Shown in pieces: positions 63,305 through 64,000 of a stretch of DNA of 64,000 bases. Made by a program: the position numbers and the translations under genes. The notes under the pieces were generated by a model. It saw only the letters and a program-made list of their open reading frames with translations. It was not told where the DNA came from and did not search any database. The DNA comes from Mobula hypostoma (lineage: Eukaryota). The number at the start of each line of letters is the position of its first letter. Position 1 is the first letter of the stretch. The stretch lies in contig NC_086109.1 in NCBI RefSeq assembly GCF_963921235.1, positions 10,542,001 through 10,606,000 of the forward strand, in the 5' to 3' direction.

Positions 63305-63857
63305 TTTACAGTTCTGGTCACCGAATTATAGGAAAGATGTCAACAAAATAGAGAGAGTACAGAGAAGATTTACTAGAAGAACGTTACCTGGATTTCATCA
63401 CCTAAGTTACAGAGAAAGGTTGAACAAGTTGGGTCTTTATTCTTTGGAGCGTAGGAGGTTGAAGGGGGACTTGATAGAGGTATTTAAAATTACGAGGGGG
63501 ATAGATAGAGTTGACGTGGATAGGCTTTTTCCATTGAGAGTGGGGGAGATTCAAACAAGACGACATGAGTTGAGAGTTAAAGGGCAAAAGTTTAGGGGTA
63601 ACATGAGGGGGAACTTCTTTACTCAGAGAGTGGTAGCTGTGTGGAACGAGCTTCCAGCGGAAGTGATTGAGGCAGGTTCGATGTTGTCATTTAAAGTTAA
63701 ATTGGATAGCTACATGGACAGGAAAGGAATGGAGGGATGAAAGTTATGGGCTGAGTGCAGGTCAGTGGGACTAGGTGAGAGTAAGAGTTCGGCACGGACT
63801 AGAAGGGCCGAGATGGCCTGTTTCCGTGCTGTAATTGTTATATGGTTATATGGTTAT
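63305..63857 (+). mobile_element. CR1 LINE 3' end with (TATATGGT)n tail
   Basis: LGLYSLERRRLKGDLIEVFKI..TRRH.L....FR...RGNFFTQRVVAVWNELP..FK.KLD.YM. Confidence 0.92.
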
Positions 63858-64000
63858 AGTGGGAGCTTATTCCCACTGCTTCCCCTGGCTATGACAACCT
63901 TAAGGAACTCTCCCCTGTCTATGCCCCTCATAATTGTATAAACTTCTGTCAGATCTCCCTTCAGCCTCCGACGTTTCAGAGAAACACCCTAAATTTGTCC

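Noticed and set aside
15100..64000. Coding exons of a downstream host gene (e.g. SLC45A3 by mammalian synteny)
   Set aside because: No translation resembling a host protein was recognised; small or non-coding exons cannot be excluded by eye.

Overview
Eukaryotic, repeat-dense vertebrate DNA, most likely a cartilaginous fish such as a ray or shark (inferred from the V-SINE/HE1-type SINEs, Penelope-like termini and CR1/Rex1 content). The only host gene I can support is the 3' end of NUCKS1 on the + strand: a 156-nt coding exon (6381-6536), the terminal coding exon (9108-9343) and a long, AT-rich, almost transposon-free putative 3'UTR to about 14.6 kb. The first 6.4 kb is inferred to be intronic and holds a decayed Gypsy LTR element with a 13x63-bp coding repeat, a CR1 fragment, an RTE-type element and a Tc1 remnant. 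From about 15 kb on, the window is a mosaic of nested transposons: Rex1/Babar, CR1 and L1 LINEs, Penelope-like elements (PLEs), a chromodomain Gypsy, Tc1 and hAT-like MITEs, and tRNA-SINEs. The most notable signals are: (1) a family of PLE termini carrying minimal hammerhead ribozymes, including TSD-flanked inverted mini-units; (2) a four-copy non-autonomous retroelement with no tRNA head; (3) self-nested composite MITEs; (4) a tandem Gypsy sharing one LTR; (5) a compact NF-kB/CRE motif cluster at 60.8-61.1 kb. All family calls come from recognising motifs by eye, not from database searches. Boundaries of old repeats are approximate, and many small decayed LINE-tail fragments are not listed.
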